Shown: positions 50,204 to 62,697, counted from the stretch's first letter. The stretch: DNA of 64,000 nucleotides from Phyllosticta citribraziliensis (GCF_038025025.1 NW_027117346.1:1550001-1614000); one strand, 5' to 3'. The notes: generated by a model from the letters alone, not told the origin. A program made the numbers and translations.

Positions 50204-52191
50204 ATGGTTCATTCTCACATCCGTCCGCACACCCACATTGTGCTGCGCCTCCCCTCAGGCCTTCTCAAAGTCGTCGAAATCGCTCCAAACCTGTAGGTCA
50301 CTGTCGAAATGAGTGAGCCGTCGCTCCCGCTCCATGACCAGCCACATCGGCTTCCCCGACGCCAGCATGCTGACCTCCAGGCAGCACCATTTCTATCGGC
50401 AAATTCGGAAGCTTCCCTGCAAACCAGCTCCTTGGCCGGCCCTACAACCTGACCTATGAGATTCTGGATCGCGAGGATGGAAAGGACAAGATTGAGTTGC
50501 GCGTCGTACCCGCGTCCGAGTTGCACGAGGAGGTTATCAAATCCGAGGAGTTGGAGGCGCAACCCGAGGGCGCTACGCCAACAGCTCTAACGAACGAGGG
50601 CGAAAATGGCGGGGTCGAGTTCGACATTGTCGCCGAAGATGGCTCGGTCTTGATGCGCTCGAATCGCTTGACTGTTGACGATCCGACCCGGCAAGCGCTC
50701 TCCATGGAGGAGATCGAGGAGCTCAAAAAGGCAGGGACCAGCTCCGGCATGGACATCATCAAGAAGATCATGGCAGCACACAAGGCTTTGGACGAAAAGA
50801 CGAGCTTCAGTCTTGCCAAGTACACCCTGAGAAAGAGCAAAAAGTACCTCAAGAGGTTCGAAGTTTTGCCAATGGATGTCGGCATGTTGACCGAAGTCAT
50901 GCTGGAAAAGGAGGCTCACAGAATAATGGAAGCAAGGGAAGAGATGCTTGGTCTGATTGGTGCATGGAGTAACGTCCACTATGGAGGCGCAAGCACACCG
51001 GTCGAGCTAGGGGACGGCGCAATGATAGGGGGCGGAAGATGGCTAGTGGTAGATGAGACGGGAGGGCTCATCGTCGCCTCTTTGGCCGAAAAGATGGGGA
51101 TTCTGTACCCACCAGAGGAGGAGGATGGCGAGTTTTCGGAGGAAGACGAAGCGCAAGGCGACGAGGACATGCCAGACGCACCGGCAGAAGAAGACGCAGC
51201 ACAAGATCAGCCCGAGACTCTGGACGCGAATGCTGAAACCGCAGAATCGAAACCGGAACCGCCGAATGGCGATGCCAAATCAACAAAGCCCAAAACCTCA
51301 AAAGCACACCACAACAACATACTCGCCCAATCTGCTACCACAAATAGCATAACGCTGCTCCACTCGGCGGCGCAACCCAATCTCGGTCTCCTCAAGTACT
51401 TCAACTACGACGCCTCCTCCCCCGCGCAGTCTCCTACACATCCTTTACACAAACACCTCAAGACCATATCCTGGCTCCAACTCCTCGACCCCACTGCCGA
51501 TGTGTCTTACGAAGAGCCCGAGACCGTAGCACCCGATGTCCTTGCGACATGGAAGTCTGGAAAGCGCGGGACATATTACCGCAAACGCCGCAGGTGGGAG
51601 CGTATCCGACGCGTCATTGCCGAGACTAGAGGCGGTGGCTTCGACGGTTTGATTGTTGCGTCGTGGATGAATCCGACTAGCGTGTTGCGGCACACTGTTC
51701 CTCTCTTGCGCGGCGGCGCTCAGGTCGTCGCGTACAGCCCGACCATCGAGCCTCTTTCCGAAGTCATGGATTATTACTCTCGCGAACGCAAAGCCGCATT
51801 CATCCAACGCACCATCAATGCCGACAGGCCATACAACCCTGACACCGCGACCGACGAGGAGAAGCGCGAGTTTGACGAGGACTTTCCTGTCAATCCGACT
51901 CTCCTTCTTGCGCCCATGCTACAGACGAGCCGTGTTCGAGCATGGCAAGTGTTGCCGGGTCGCACACATCCGCTCATGACAAGCAAGGGCGGTGCAGAGG
52001 GCTTTGTCTTCACTGGCACACGAGTAGTGCCTGCAGAGGGCCCCATCGCAGCAAGAGGCAACTTTGGCAAGAAAAGGAAGACAGCAGAAAAGACTGATGG
52101 CCAGACAGAAGGTGAGAAAGAAGCAAAGAAGACAAAGGTCAATGGTGAGCACCCGGAGGGCGAAGGCGCAACGCCAGTGGCCGAAGCATGA
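50204..52191 (+). CDS. trm6: tRNA m1A58 methyltransferase non-catalytic subunit Trm6/Gcd10, 2 exons
   Basis: ISIGKFGSFPAN.LLGRPY..TYEI, KTSFSLAKY..RK.KKY and WQVLPGRTHPLMT. Confidence 0.93.
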
Positions 52192-52754
52192 GAGGTAAAA
52201 GATGGACTCATTATTTGGACCGGCCCTTTGGATCATAGATGGCGTTGGTGGTATTTTTGCACTCACTATACACATTCCCCATCGCATGGCGGTGCTTATT
52301 GAATGATATGGGTGCAGGCCTTGGTCTCGGTCCTTGGACGAAAAGACAATTTTGGCGCAGTACAACCACACTGTCCTCATTCTGTGTTTCCAACTTCATC
52401 TTCATGGTCTTCAATTGTGTTTTCGGGGGCAGCGAGCAGCCCCTGGTTTCTCGCCCCGGTCCTGTCGGCAGCTAATATCATTGGGGGCGAAGGCTTCAAC
52501 CCAGGTGCCAGGATACCATCCCCCACACATGGCTGACAAAGCTCTATCATAGCGCCATGTGGACCAGTATCTCACTCAGCCTTGCCACGGCTATCTCTTC
52601 AACACGGCAAAAGGCTGACGCTTCGATCTCCCTTCAGGAGAGTGTCGCCAACGAACAACCTTGAGTCGAACTCCTCCTTCCCGTCCGTCGATGCCTACGC
52701 CTGCATTGGATCACGGAGCCAAGGGCGGATAAAGCTCCTGTATCGCCGGCAAGA

Positions 52755-55700
52755 ATGTCTTCAAAGCGACCATACCGAACATGCAACCAGTACTCCATCG
52801 GTCTTATTACTGCGCTTGCCATCGAGCTGGCAGCGGTCAACGCGATGCTCGATGAGACGCATGACTATCCTCAAGACTTGGATGCAGTCTCTGATGACAA
52901 CAACTATCAATTCGGGCGAATCGGATCCCACAACGTGGTGATCGCGTCGCTGCCAGCCAAAGTTCATGGAAAAGTCTCGGCGGCCACCACGGCAATTCAA
53001 ACGGCAAAAGCCTTTCCGCATATACGTTTCGGTCTCTTCATCGGCATCGGCGGAGGTGTGCCAAACCTGGATCTGGAACAAGACGTTCGACTTGGGGACG
53101 TCGTCGTCGGTCTACCTGGGGGGACGAGTGGAGGCATCATACAATATGATCTTGGGAAGGTCACGAATCAAGGCTTCAAACGAACTGGAACGCTTTCGAA
53201 GCCGCCGAAAAAGCTCTTGGCCGCAGTCCAGTCCTTGCAAGCGAAGCATGAGGGCGAAGATTCCAGAATACCCGCGCTGATTGAGGAGGCCTTCCAGAAG
53301 TATCCGAAACTGAAAAGATCAAATCCGGGTTACTCATTCCAGGGAGCTGAGAACGACAATCTGTTTCAATCCGACTATGAGCATGCAGGCGGCACCAAAT
53401 GTACCAACTGTAGAAAGGACCGAACTATTTTCCGTGAGGAACGGGTGGAGCCAGAGCAGCCACGAATCCATTACGGCATGATTGCCTCCGGAGACAGCGT
53501 GATAAAGAGCGCCAAAGTACGAGACTCAGTTGCACAAGCGTTGAAAGTCGAAAACGACGTCAATTGTCTTTGTTTCGAAATGGAGGCCGCTGGACTAGAG
53601 GACTTCCCTTCCCTTGTTGTTAGGGGGGTCAGTGACTATGCGGATTCGCACAAGAACGACAGATGGCAACGGTATGCCGCGATGACAGCGGCCGCTTTCG
53701 CCAAGGAAGTTCTGCAAAATATCGGGGCAAAGCAAGTTGAAGCCATTTCAACAATCAGAGAAGTTGTGAATGGACTTGACCAATGTTAGTAATCCGAGAG
53801 CTTGATTTTTTGAGCCTTTGTGAGAAATGCGTCTTACTCCTGGATAGATGTTCGAAAGACCGGGGAGGAACTCGTTGATTCCAAACGGATGGGAGAGATA
53901 AAGGCGTGGTTGAATGCTCCCAGCCCGTCGATCAATTCTGGCAGGGCTCTCTCTTTGCGACATCCAAATACCGGAACCTGGCTATTACAAAGCCCCGCTT
54001 TTCAGACCTTCAAATCCTCCAGGAATTGCCAGTTCATATGGCTCCAGGGACTAAGCGGGTGTGGGAAAACCAGCCTTGCCGCTTCGGTGGTCCAAAACTT
54101 GGAAGCACAACACCAAGCAAGCACTGGCGAAAAAAGGCCTGTTTTAAACTTCTTCTTCGACTTTCGAGATCCCAAAAAACAGTCACTTGACGGACTTGTT
54201 CGCTCCCTGATTGAACAGCTGTTCTTTGGGTCATCGGATGGAAGAGCCAAAAAAATCATCCATCAGTTTTTCTTGGACTGCAATAATGGAACAATCCAGC
54301 CGTCAACCGGAGACCTAGAGAAAACGTTTGATTGCGCAATCGCCACTCTTGGCGAGATACAACTGGTTTTAGATGCTCTTGACGAATGTCCGCAAGGAAG
54401 CAAGTCAAGAAGGCCAATAATGGAATGGATATCCGCTCGTTTCAGAGATGAGAAGGCCCAGAATCCGCGTTGGAAACTATTCGTCACCAGTCGCAGTGGG
54501 CAGCCTGATATCGAGAGCAGGTTCGATGCCCTCAGAGTCACAACGAATTATCTCTCTGTTGACGCCAGAGACGACATTTGCGAATTCGTGGAAAGTAGGC
54601 TTGAAGAGGAGGAATTCCAAAGATGGCACGCCAGCCCAGATATTCGAGACAGTATAAGGTCGACAGTAACAGAGAAAGCGGGAAACATGTGAGTTTAGTG
54701 AAGCGGCGCCAATTACAACCGGGAAAGTCTAATAGACGTAGGTTCCGTCTAGCAGAGCTCCACATGAGCCAACTCGAGAAATGCGGCTCAGCATTCGCTG
54801 TTGAAGAGGCGCTCCAAACACTGCCAAACGACTTGAATGAATTTTACGAAAGAAGCCTATTGCAGGTCCCGGTCTACTATCGAAAAGGCGTCCTCCGACT
54901 ACTCCAGTTCCTCTTGTACTCGGAAGGCTTAAGAGGTTCGACTGCACTCGATTTCATGGCGATCGATCCAGACGCCAAAAATCCTGAGGATGCCTTCAAT
55001 GAACGGAAAGTCTTGAAAGACTTTGGGCCAATATCCTCAGTTCTCTCCAGCCTCATCAGCATCATTGATGGTGATCATGTGATACTTGCACACGCGTCAG
55101 TCAAAGACTTCCTCGTGTCTTCTTCGAACAAGGCCCATTTCGCTACCGATTTCTCCGAGAGATCAGCAAAATCAAGCATTACGAGAGCTCTTCTGTCATA
55201 TGTAGTGTTCGTCTCGCCTAAAATTGCAAGAGACCCAACTTATACCGACTATTATGAAGCAAATCGCGACTTGGGATACACAACGCTCGACGACTTAGTC
55301 TGTGAACTGAAAAGAATCAAAGACGACGACGTGGACGAAACTACCCAGGAGTATATGACTCAGTTCTTTCTGGACCACAGGTTCGCTAGCCTCGCGCTAA
55401 TACCAAGGATAAACGGCGAGGTTCTGTACAGAATGTACAAACCTGGCGAAGAATTTGACGCGCTAAAGTGTGAGCTTTTGGACCAGACGCCCCACGATTC
55501 CCTCCACGCGGTATGTGCATTGATTTGCGTCGATTACGGCTGGAACCGAACGCTCCGGAGTCTGCGTGACAGACTAGATATCAACGCAGCTCACACAAAG
55601 GTCATACATCCTCCCCTGAACGTTATATGTTATTACGACAACATGCTCGAGGATAAGGTCGCACCTCTTCTCGAGGCAGGTGCTAGTCCAAACCTGCCAG

Positions 55701-56422
55701 GTCCGGATACATGTGGGTCCGCGTTGCTTGCTTTCATATATGGCCAAATCAAAGCCTTGAAACTTGCCTACTATCGTGACGAATTTCAAACTGGTGGCAG
55801 CCAAAAAGCTATGCCAGTCCGACAAATCGAATCACTCATCACCAAGGGCGTGAATCTGGAACTTTCAGGAGGACAGAGAACTGCCTTGCAGTTACTTTGT
55901 TCCATGTTGGTGGACTTGTTCTACGTCGAACTGCTCCTCCAAGCCGGTGCGAACCCGAACTACTACGAAGTTTCGCGAAGCCCTCTCTCCATAGCATGTT
56001 CTCGAAAGAACACGACTCTTGTCAAGATGCTCCTTGAGTCTGGCGCCGATCCGAACAAGCAAGAAGGCTCAGGGTACCTGCTCTCAACAATATCGAGTCC
56101 ATGGGACACATCATTGACCAGAGGGCTTTCCGACTACGCCAACTACATCGTGTCCATTCGGGCAAAAAAGAGTTTTATTTCGTCTATCATCCATCACGAT
56201 ATCCCTGAAATACCCGAAATCATGCGACTACTCCTTGTCCATGGCGCAGACGTCGGCCTGGCGATGTCGGTCTTACATGAAGATGACCCCATGAGAAACA
56301 TCTTGGCGGCTGCTGGTGTAAGTGTTGTCCTAAGGAGACACTGCGAAACAGCATCGCTCGAGAGTTTGTCAGAGGAAACCCGAATGGAATTGCGTGCCAT
56401 TGCCATGGAAATGGATTGGTAA
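52755..56422 (+). CDS. Tripartite fungal NLR: PNP_UDP nucleoside phosphorylase - NACHT - ankyrin repeats, 3 exons
   Basis: PNP motifs IGIGGGVP, EMEAAG and RGVSDYADSHKND. Walker A GLSGCGKT and Walker B LVLDALDEC. Ankyrin-like SPLSIAC...LVKMLLESGADPN and LLLQAGANPN. Confidence 0.92.
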
Positions 56423-56721
56423 AAATTCTACCTGCAGGAAGCCCTGGTCGCATATAGTATCATCATCGACATGCTGCACTGGCTTGCAAGCAGTAGGGCA
56501 ATCAGTCAATGCAGGGAAAATAGAGGTTGACAAGGTCAAGGGAAAGCTTCGATTCAAAAGACAAGACACCGATTTCACAGTGGTATCGCACAATGGGAAG
56601 GATAAGACATTACGACTCAAACGAATCAACAACAGGGTATTCGCCAATCCAAAAACAATCCCTTCCCCACCAACACACCTCCCGTAATCCCCTACGACAG
56701 CCCACGCAAAGCGTTCACGCT

Positions 56722-59331
56722 CTATTTCTTCCCCGCCTTCTTCGGATCCTCCTCAAACAGTCTACACCACTTCTCCCACTCCCTCGCGCCCTTGCTCATG
56801 ATCCCCTTGAAGTCCTCCTTCACCTCTTGCACCTCCCACCGCTCGTCCTCCCAGTTGCGCGTGGCGCCATCGGTCTGGCTGGGAGCCCACGCTATGGCCT
56901 CGAGAACCTCGGTCTCGGTGGGCGCGGCGCCGGACGGGTAGGGGAAGAAGGTCGGGCTACGTTCGTGGCACCGGTGCGCGAGATACCGCTGTAGCGTGGA
57001 AAGGCGCGAGGAGGGCGTGAACTCGAGCGCGAGCTTGGGGTCGTCGTCCTTCTTTGCCTTCGTCTTCTCCTTTTCTTTGCCCTTGGCCTTGCCTTTTTCC
57101 TTGTCATCCACGGGGGGCACCTGAGCATGGCCATCTGCGTCGACGGCAGCACCATCATCGTCCGCTTCCGTCGTCGCCTGCAGTCTCTTGGTCGTGGAGC
57201 GGGCGATCTTCGCGCCCCGGATCGAGCTGTAGGCCCAGACGGCGTCGGCCTCGAACAGGCCGCCAAACGGCCAGACAAACATGATGAGCGTGTCGACGAC
57301 GACGCTGACGGGGAGGAGCCCTGTGGCGAGGATGGAGTCGCGCTGTGCTTTCGACTTGGTCCGCAGCATGCTGTTGATGAACTCGCGGCGCAATTCTGCG
57401 GGCGTGTATGGCAGCGAAGACGGGTAAACGAGCGTCAGGTGCGTCAGGGGGACGGCTTTGCTGGGGCCATCCTTCTCCTTGTCGGCAGCGGCACTGTCGG
57501 CGGTGGCTGGTGCAGAAGCATCCTCAGATTGCTCGATGGCTTTCGGCGCATTGGTGCCGTCGGCGGGAGTAGACCCCGTCATGCGATTAACAAAGTCGAG
57601 GTTAGAGCTAGTCGTCTGCTTAATGGCCCAATCTATGCCCTTGGTAGCTTTGCTGCGGATGCCCTGCCAGCTAGCGGCCTTTGCCTTGCTGGTTTTGGCA
57701 TTGCGCACCTCCTCTTGCCATTTGCGCTGCACCTTGTGCACACGGCCCTCTTTTTCGCCCTCGGCCGGTTTGGTCAGCGGAGGAGGCGGCGGCGTGTAGA
57801 TGAGGAAGCGGTCTGGGATGCTTTCGGCGGACACCTTGTTCAGCTTGGGCTTCGGGAAGGGGATGAGGTAGGCTATGAGCTTGTGTGGGTCCCGCGTGTA
57901 GTGGATGGGGTTGGCAGGATCATCGTCTTCAACATTTTGATAAGATCGACGCGGAGGGAGAGGAGGCCGGTAGTCCGCTGGTCGGGGTGGAAAAGGTGGA
58001 GGCGTTTCATCTTCCGACTGTGCGTACTCTGTTGGTGCGGCCGGTACATGCTTGGTGTCTGGTGGATAGTATTCCTTGATCTCTGAGGGACCATCTTGCG
58101 CTCCGTCCAAAGCTGGCGGGTGAATTTCGTGATACGCTGGCGGCGGCTGTTCTTCGAACTCATGCGGCGCCTCCGTTGACTCATGCAATGCATTTTTGTT
58201 GTCAGGTGGATACCCTGAAGATGCTGGAGCTGGGTTTGGTTCCTGAAAGGCGGTTTTGGTGTCAGGCGGGAATCCAGAGTATGGCGAAGCTTGATAAGGC
58301 TCCTGGAAAGAATGCTTGTTGTCAGGCGGGTATTCAGAAGACGCTGCAGCTGGATGCGGCTCCTGGAAAGCGGTCTTGTTGTCTGGTGGGAATCCAGAAA
58401 AGGGCGAAGCTTGATACGGCTCCTGGAAAGAACTCTTGTTGCCAGGCGGGTAATCAGGAAATTGTGGTGCTGTTTGCGACTCTTGAAAATCACCCTTGTT
58501 ATCAGGAGGGTATTCGGAAGCTACTGGAGCTACCTTGCTGCCTTGTGGATCTTCCTTGATTTTTGGCGGCAATGCGGGAGGCACTTCATGGGGCAAGTCG
58601 TAGATGCCATCCGCGGGGTCCTCTGGCGCTGCCGAAGTTGAAGGGATGGGATTCCCTTGCGGTTGATGCTGTTGAAGATGCCCTGTCGGCTCCGGCTGCA
58701 CATCTTTGGTCTCCGGAGAGTGATCGTGGTCCTCGGATGGCGCAATCACGATTTGCGGCACAGAATCATTCACCGCCGCCGGCACTTGCTGGGCCTGGGG
58801 CGAAAATGGCCGATACTGCTGTGCAGGCTCGGGCTTCGCATTCACGACTTCTGGTTCGTGATGCCTGTTCGCAAGTTCGGTCGGGGAGTCTCTTCTCTCG
58901 GGAGCCGCCGAAGGCTGCTGAGCCTCGGGAGAGAAAGCCCGATACTGCTCCTTGCTCTCGGGTTTGGGCTGCGCATTCTCGGTTCCTGGCAAGCCATTCT
59001 CGTTCCCGGACTCCGGTGGCGGGCTTTTTCGTTTATGAGGCGCAGACACCGTGAGCGCCTCGGGAAGTCGATGCGGGTCGTCTTTGACTTGATAGTTGTC
59101 TTCAGATGCACCCGGGGAGCCATTTCGGTCTGGGGAACCCTGTTGAACTGGTCGGTAAGGCAAGTATGCCGACTCTTTCTGTTGCTCCGATGTGGAAGAT
59201 GCAGATGCTGGATTGTAAGGCTTGTAAGACTGATAACCCGGCGCGGACGGCGCAGGGTCCTGTGACGCAGAATAAGGTTGGTAGGGATGGTAGGGTTGCT
59301 GGGCGTGTTCTTGGGGCTTGTCGTCGGCCAT
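56722..59331 (-). CDS. Uncharacterised protein: P/Q/E-rich repetitive N-terminal half plus a globular C-terminal domain with a hydrophobic segment
   Basis: Long ORF with a probable ATG at 59331 (MADDKPQ). The C-terminal part reads RDPHKLIAYLIPFPKP...FLIYTPPPPPL...WPFGGLFEADAVW. Confidence 0.8.
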   Translation of the reverse strand: MADDKPQEHAQQPYHPYQPYSASQDPAPSAPGYQSYKPYNPASASSTSEQQKESAYLPYRPVQQGSPDRNGSPGASEDNYQVKDDPHRLPEALTVSAPHKRKSPPPESGNENGLPGTENAQPKPESKEQYRAFSPEAQQPSAAPERRDSPTELANRHHEPEVVNAKPEPAQQYRPFSPQAQQVPAAVNDSVPQIVIAPSEDHDHSPETKDVQPEPTGHLQQHQPQGNPIPSTSAAPEDPADGIYDLPHEVPPALPPKIKEDPQGSKVAPVASEYPPDNKGDFQESQTAPQFPDYPPGNKSSFQEPYQASPFSGFPPDNKTAFQEPHPAAASSEYPPDNKHSFQEPYQASPYSGFPPDTKTAFQEPNPAPASSGYPPDNKNALHESTEAPHEFEEQPPPAYHEIHPPALDGAQDGPSEIKEYYPPDTKHVPAAPTEYAQSEDETPPPFPPRPADYRPPLPPRRSYQNVEDDDPANPIHYTRDPHKLIAYLIPFPKPKLNKVSAESIPDRFLIYTPPPPPLTKPAEGEKEGRVHKVQRKWQEEVRNAKTSKAKAASWQGIRSKATKGIDWAIKQTTSSNLDFVNRMTGSTPADGTNAPKAIEQSEDASAPATADSAAADKEKDGPSKAVPLTHLTLVYPSSLPYTPAELRREFINSMLRTKSKAQRDSILATGLLPVSVVVDTLIMFVWPFGGLFEADAVWAYSSIRGAKIARSTTKRLQATTEADDDGAAVDADGHAQVPPVDDKEKGKAKGKEKEKTKAKKDDDPKLALEFTPSSRLSTLQRYLAHRCHERSPTFFPYPSGAAPTETEVLEAIAWAPSQTDGATRNWEDERWEVQEVKEDFKGIMSKGAREWEKWCRLFEEDPKKAGKK
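58185..58515 (-). repeat. 60-bp coding tandem repeat (about 6 x 20 aa, [YF]PPD[NT]K..FQEP)
   Basis: Consecutive 60-nt sequence lines 58201-58501 are visibly near-identical. Confidence 0.92.
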
Positions 59332-60025
59332 GCTGATAAAGACTTGATCTAAAAACCAAGAAGAGAGAAATAGGATGTGATGAAAGACTCCAAAGCGTCT
59401 GCCTGGAAACTGGAGGGGGTTTTGTAGTGTACAGCGGGCAAGAAGGACATGACGTCGGACAGGGTTTGCAGGGACCAAGTAATGCGTGCAGGCAGACGCG
59501 TGGCACACGGCCAACTTTGGAGGGTGTGGCGCAGTCTCCGTCCATTATGCCCCCAATTCTCACTTCATCAACAATCGTCGCGTCTTCTTCGACCGATCAG
59601 CTGAAAGAAGAGGGGCCCAGTGGAGGGGCAAAACCACTGACGCAATTGTACATGTACACCTCTCGCTTAGTCCCGCCAGATGCGTGTCGGAAATAAAACA
59701 TTCGCATTCCCGACTACCATGAACCAACGGTCCAGAGTTTCCCCTGTCGAAGGCCTCGCATCTTCTTCTCCGCATTATTGGTCCAAGCGGACTAGATACA
59801 ACGGGAAAGAGCGGATCCAAAGTTCAAATATAGATCCAGTTGTGGGCCACGGTGCTAACTCCGCAACACTCTCCGTCAGTACTCCCCCTAACCGCTTCCT
59901 ATATAGATTCCGCATTCCGCTACATCCTCGCATCATTGCACCTGTTTTGAGAAACTCCATACATCAAGCCTCACGCCACATCCGCAAAAGATCGTCGTTG
60001 CCTGACAACACCATCATCACCAGCA

Positions 60026-60886
60026 ATGGCCCACCCGCATCCTCCCATCAAACCAGCCCCGTCAGACAAGGTCTACATCCAAGGTCACTCGCAGGCCGTC
60101 GTCGACGCACACAGCCGCCGCACGGCGCAAACCTGCGCCGCCTACCTTCTGCCCCATCTCAAGCCCTCGCACAAGGTGCTCGACGTAGGCTGTGGGCCAG
60201 GCAGCATCACAACAACACTGGCACCATTCGTACCAGAAGGCCACGTGACAGGCGTCGACTACTCCCCGGATGTGATAGCTCACGCCGAACGGCTGGCTGC
60301 CCCTTCGGGCGTGGCAAACGTATCATTCCAGACAGCCGACGCATTCGCGCTGCCCTTTGCCGACGGCACCTTTGACGTCGTGCACGCGCACCAGGTCGTG
60401 CAGCACGTGGCGGACCCGGTGGGCTTGCTGCGCGAGATGCGCCGCGTAGCCAAGCCAGATGGCGGCATCGTTGCCGTGCGCGAGGGCGACGCGCACATTT
60501 GGTTCCCGGACGAGAGCGAGCAGGGCCCTGGCAGGAAGCTGGGCGTGTGGTTTGCCCTCTGGATGCGCATGGCGCGCGACCAGGGAACGGAGCCCATGAC
60601 TGGCAGGCGCTTGAAGCGGCTGGGCATGAAGGCTGCATTTGCTGCGCAGGACATCAATGTACAGGCTGGCTCAAGTTTCTTTCAGCAGGAGAGCTTGGTC
60701 CAGTGGTGTGAGACATGGGCGAGGCGGGTGACCGAGAGCGAGTTTGCATCTCGGGCGCTAGATGGCAATTATACCACAAGGGAAGAGCTGGAAAATCTGG
60801 CAAAGGCGTGGAGGGAATTCGCCCAGCTGGATGACGCCTGGTACAACAACACTCAGGGGGAAGCCATTTTTACCCGCAGAGACTAG
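60026..60886 (+). CDS. Class I SAM-dependent methyltransferase (UbiE/COQ5-like)
   Basis: VLDVGCGPGSIT, LPFADGTFDVVHAHQV and LREMRRVAKP.GG. Confidence 0.92.
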   Translation: MAHPHPPIKPAPSDKVYIQGHSQAVVDAHSRRTAQTCAAYLLPHLKPSHKVLDVGCGPGSITTTLAPFVPEGHVTGVDYSPDVIAHAERLAAPSGVANVSFQTADAFALPFADGTFDVVHAHQVVQHVADPVGLLREMRRVAKPDGGIVAVREGDAHIWFPDESEQGPGRKLGVWFALWMRMARDQGTEPMTGRRLKRLGMKAAFAAQDINVQAGSSFFQQESLVQWCETWARRVTESEFASRALDGNYTTREELENLAKAWREFAQLDDAWYNNTQGEAIFTRRD

Positions 60887-61020
60887 TTTCCAAAACTTGG
60901 ATTTCGATACCAGACAAGTCGCTGATATTATCCAATGCCCTGTCAATAATCATGCTGTTTGGGCTGCTTTCGGCGGTTGGGAGAGCTCGCAATACTGCCC
61001 TGTGGATACCGTCGTCCACC

Positions 61021-62697
61021 CTACAGATTCCTCATGATCCTCTCCCGCCGATTCTCTTTGTCTTTCCCATCACTCCTCCAGTTGTCATCCCGGCCGCGTC
61101 CCCTCTCAGATCGCCCACCTCTTCCTCTGTCGGCCCTTCTCTCCCTGTCTGCATCTCTCCTGTCTCTGTCGCCATCTCTCTTCCCTTTCTTCTCTCCGAC
61201 AATCTCCTTGACTTTTTCCCTGGGATCAATCACAACCAACTCCTCGTCGTTCTTCCTCTTCCACTCCAAGTCTTTGCCAAGGCGATCTTTTTCAAAGCTC
61301 AGCGCATGATTCATCCATCCCACATCGTTGGCATCCTCGTCTTCCTGCGCTGCGCCGGGGGCGTCCCAAGCCTTGCAGGACTGGCAGTTTGGTATAAAAT
61401 GCAAGTCGCACAAAGTCGCTTCCGGGTCCTCGTCCGCGTCACCATTCGCACTAGATTTCTGCTCAGGTGGCTCGTCTTTCTTCTCGTCCCGCTCAAGCAC
61501 TGATTCCTTTGGCGCGCTCGCGAGCTTGCTCCTAAAGGCACTCAGAATGTCCAACGCTCGCTGATCCGAGCGTGGGTCGCTGGCTCCTCCGCCTCGCCGC
61601 TTGCGACCTCTCGTCGCGGTCTCGGGAATCAAGGCTTCCAATGCAGACTTTTTCTTGGGGGCTTCTTTTGGGGCATTAGTCGTGCGTTTCATGCTAGCCT
61701 TGAGCGCCGCAATCTCCGCGTTCGTGCGCTCCAGGGCAGAGTTCACTTTTTGGGCAGTTTCATCTTCGGACTCGGAGCCTGAGCTTGATGGGGAGCGAGA
61801 CGAGCGGCGAGGAGGCTGAACAGGCGCGGATGGCTTTGGTGGGGGCGAGGCAGACTTTTTTCGCATTGTACGTGTACGTTCCTCAGATGGCACGGGGGGC
61901 GACGGGCTTGGCTTGCGAGCTGGTTTGGGGGGCTTTGGTTCAGGTGCTTTAGCATTCCCCTTGTCACCAATGGCTTTGGTGTCGTCCTCTGCGCTGACAA
62001 GCTTGGGGTTGAACTTGGGTTTCTTGACGACAGGCGCGAAGCCTGCGTCATCGCCCTCGTCGCCACCAAAACTGAGCAGCTGCTTAGCTGCCTTCCTCTT
62101 GGTCTTCTTGGGACCCTTTTTCTCCTGCGCCACCGGTTGTGCAATCTGCACCCGCTTGACCATGTCATCGAAGAAATTCACCACAATTTCTGTGTTTATA
62201 ATCTTGGTGGGATACAGCGGCCTTTCACTGCCCTCTTCTTCGGTCAGGTCGGCCTCGCCCATCTTCATCAAATTGTAGATGGTGTCGCCCTCGACGCGTC
62301 CAAACATTGTATTCTTGCCAGTAAGATCCGGCGTCGCCCCCAGCGTCATGAAGAACTGGCTTCCGTTGTCGTCCTTTTGACCCGTGTTCGCCATTCCCAG
62401 GAGACCTCGCCGGTTGAACTTGAGGCGGGAATGGAACTCGTCTGCAAAAGGCTCGCCATCGTAGCTGCTCTCGCCGCCAGATCCCGTGCCCGTCGGATCA
62501 CCACCCTGTATGATGAAGCCTGGGACCAGGCGATGGAAGATGGTGTTGTCATAGTAGCCGTCGAGACACAGCTGGAGAAAGTTGCGCGACGTGACGGGGG
62601 TCTGTTTGGCGAAGAGCTCGAGGGCAATGTCTCCGGCGGTGGTGTGCAAGATGACCTTGGCCGTGGGCTGCGGCTCCAGGTTATAGACTGAAGACAT
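61021..62697 (-). CDS. cwc27: Spliceosome-associated cyclophilin Cwc27
   Basis: MSSVYNLEPQPTAKV, FHRLVPGFIIQGGDPTGTG, DEFHSRLKFNRRGL and a C-terminal CDLHFIPNCQSC. Confidence 0.93.
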   Translation of the reverse strand: MSSVYNLEPQPTAKVILHTTAGDIALELFAKQTPVTSRNFLQLCLDGYYDNTIFHRLVPGFIIQGGDPTGTGSGGESSYDGEPFADEFHSRLKFNRRGLLGMANTGQKDDNGSQFFMTLGATPDLTGKNTMFGRVEGDTIYNLMKMGEADLTEEEGSERPLYPTKIINTEIVVNFFDDMVKRVQIAQPVAQEKKGPKKTKRKAAKQLLSFGGDEGDDAGFAPVVKKPKFNPKLVSAEDDTKAIGDKGNAKAPEPKPPKPARKPSPSPPVPSEERTRTMRKKSASPPPKPSAPVQPPRRSSRSPSSSGSESEDETAQKVNSALERTNAEIAALKASMKRTTNAPKEAPKKKSALEALIPETATRGRKRRGGGASDPRSDQRALDILSAFRSKLASAPKESVLERDEKKDEPPEQKSSANGDADEDPEATLCDLHFIPNCQSCKAWDAPGAAQEDEDANDVGWMNHALSFEKDRLGKDLEWKRKNDEELVVIDPREKVKEIVGEKKGKRDGDRDRRDADRERRADRGRGGRSERGRGRDDNWRSDGKDKENRRERIMRNL

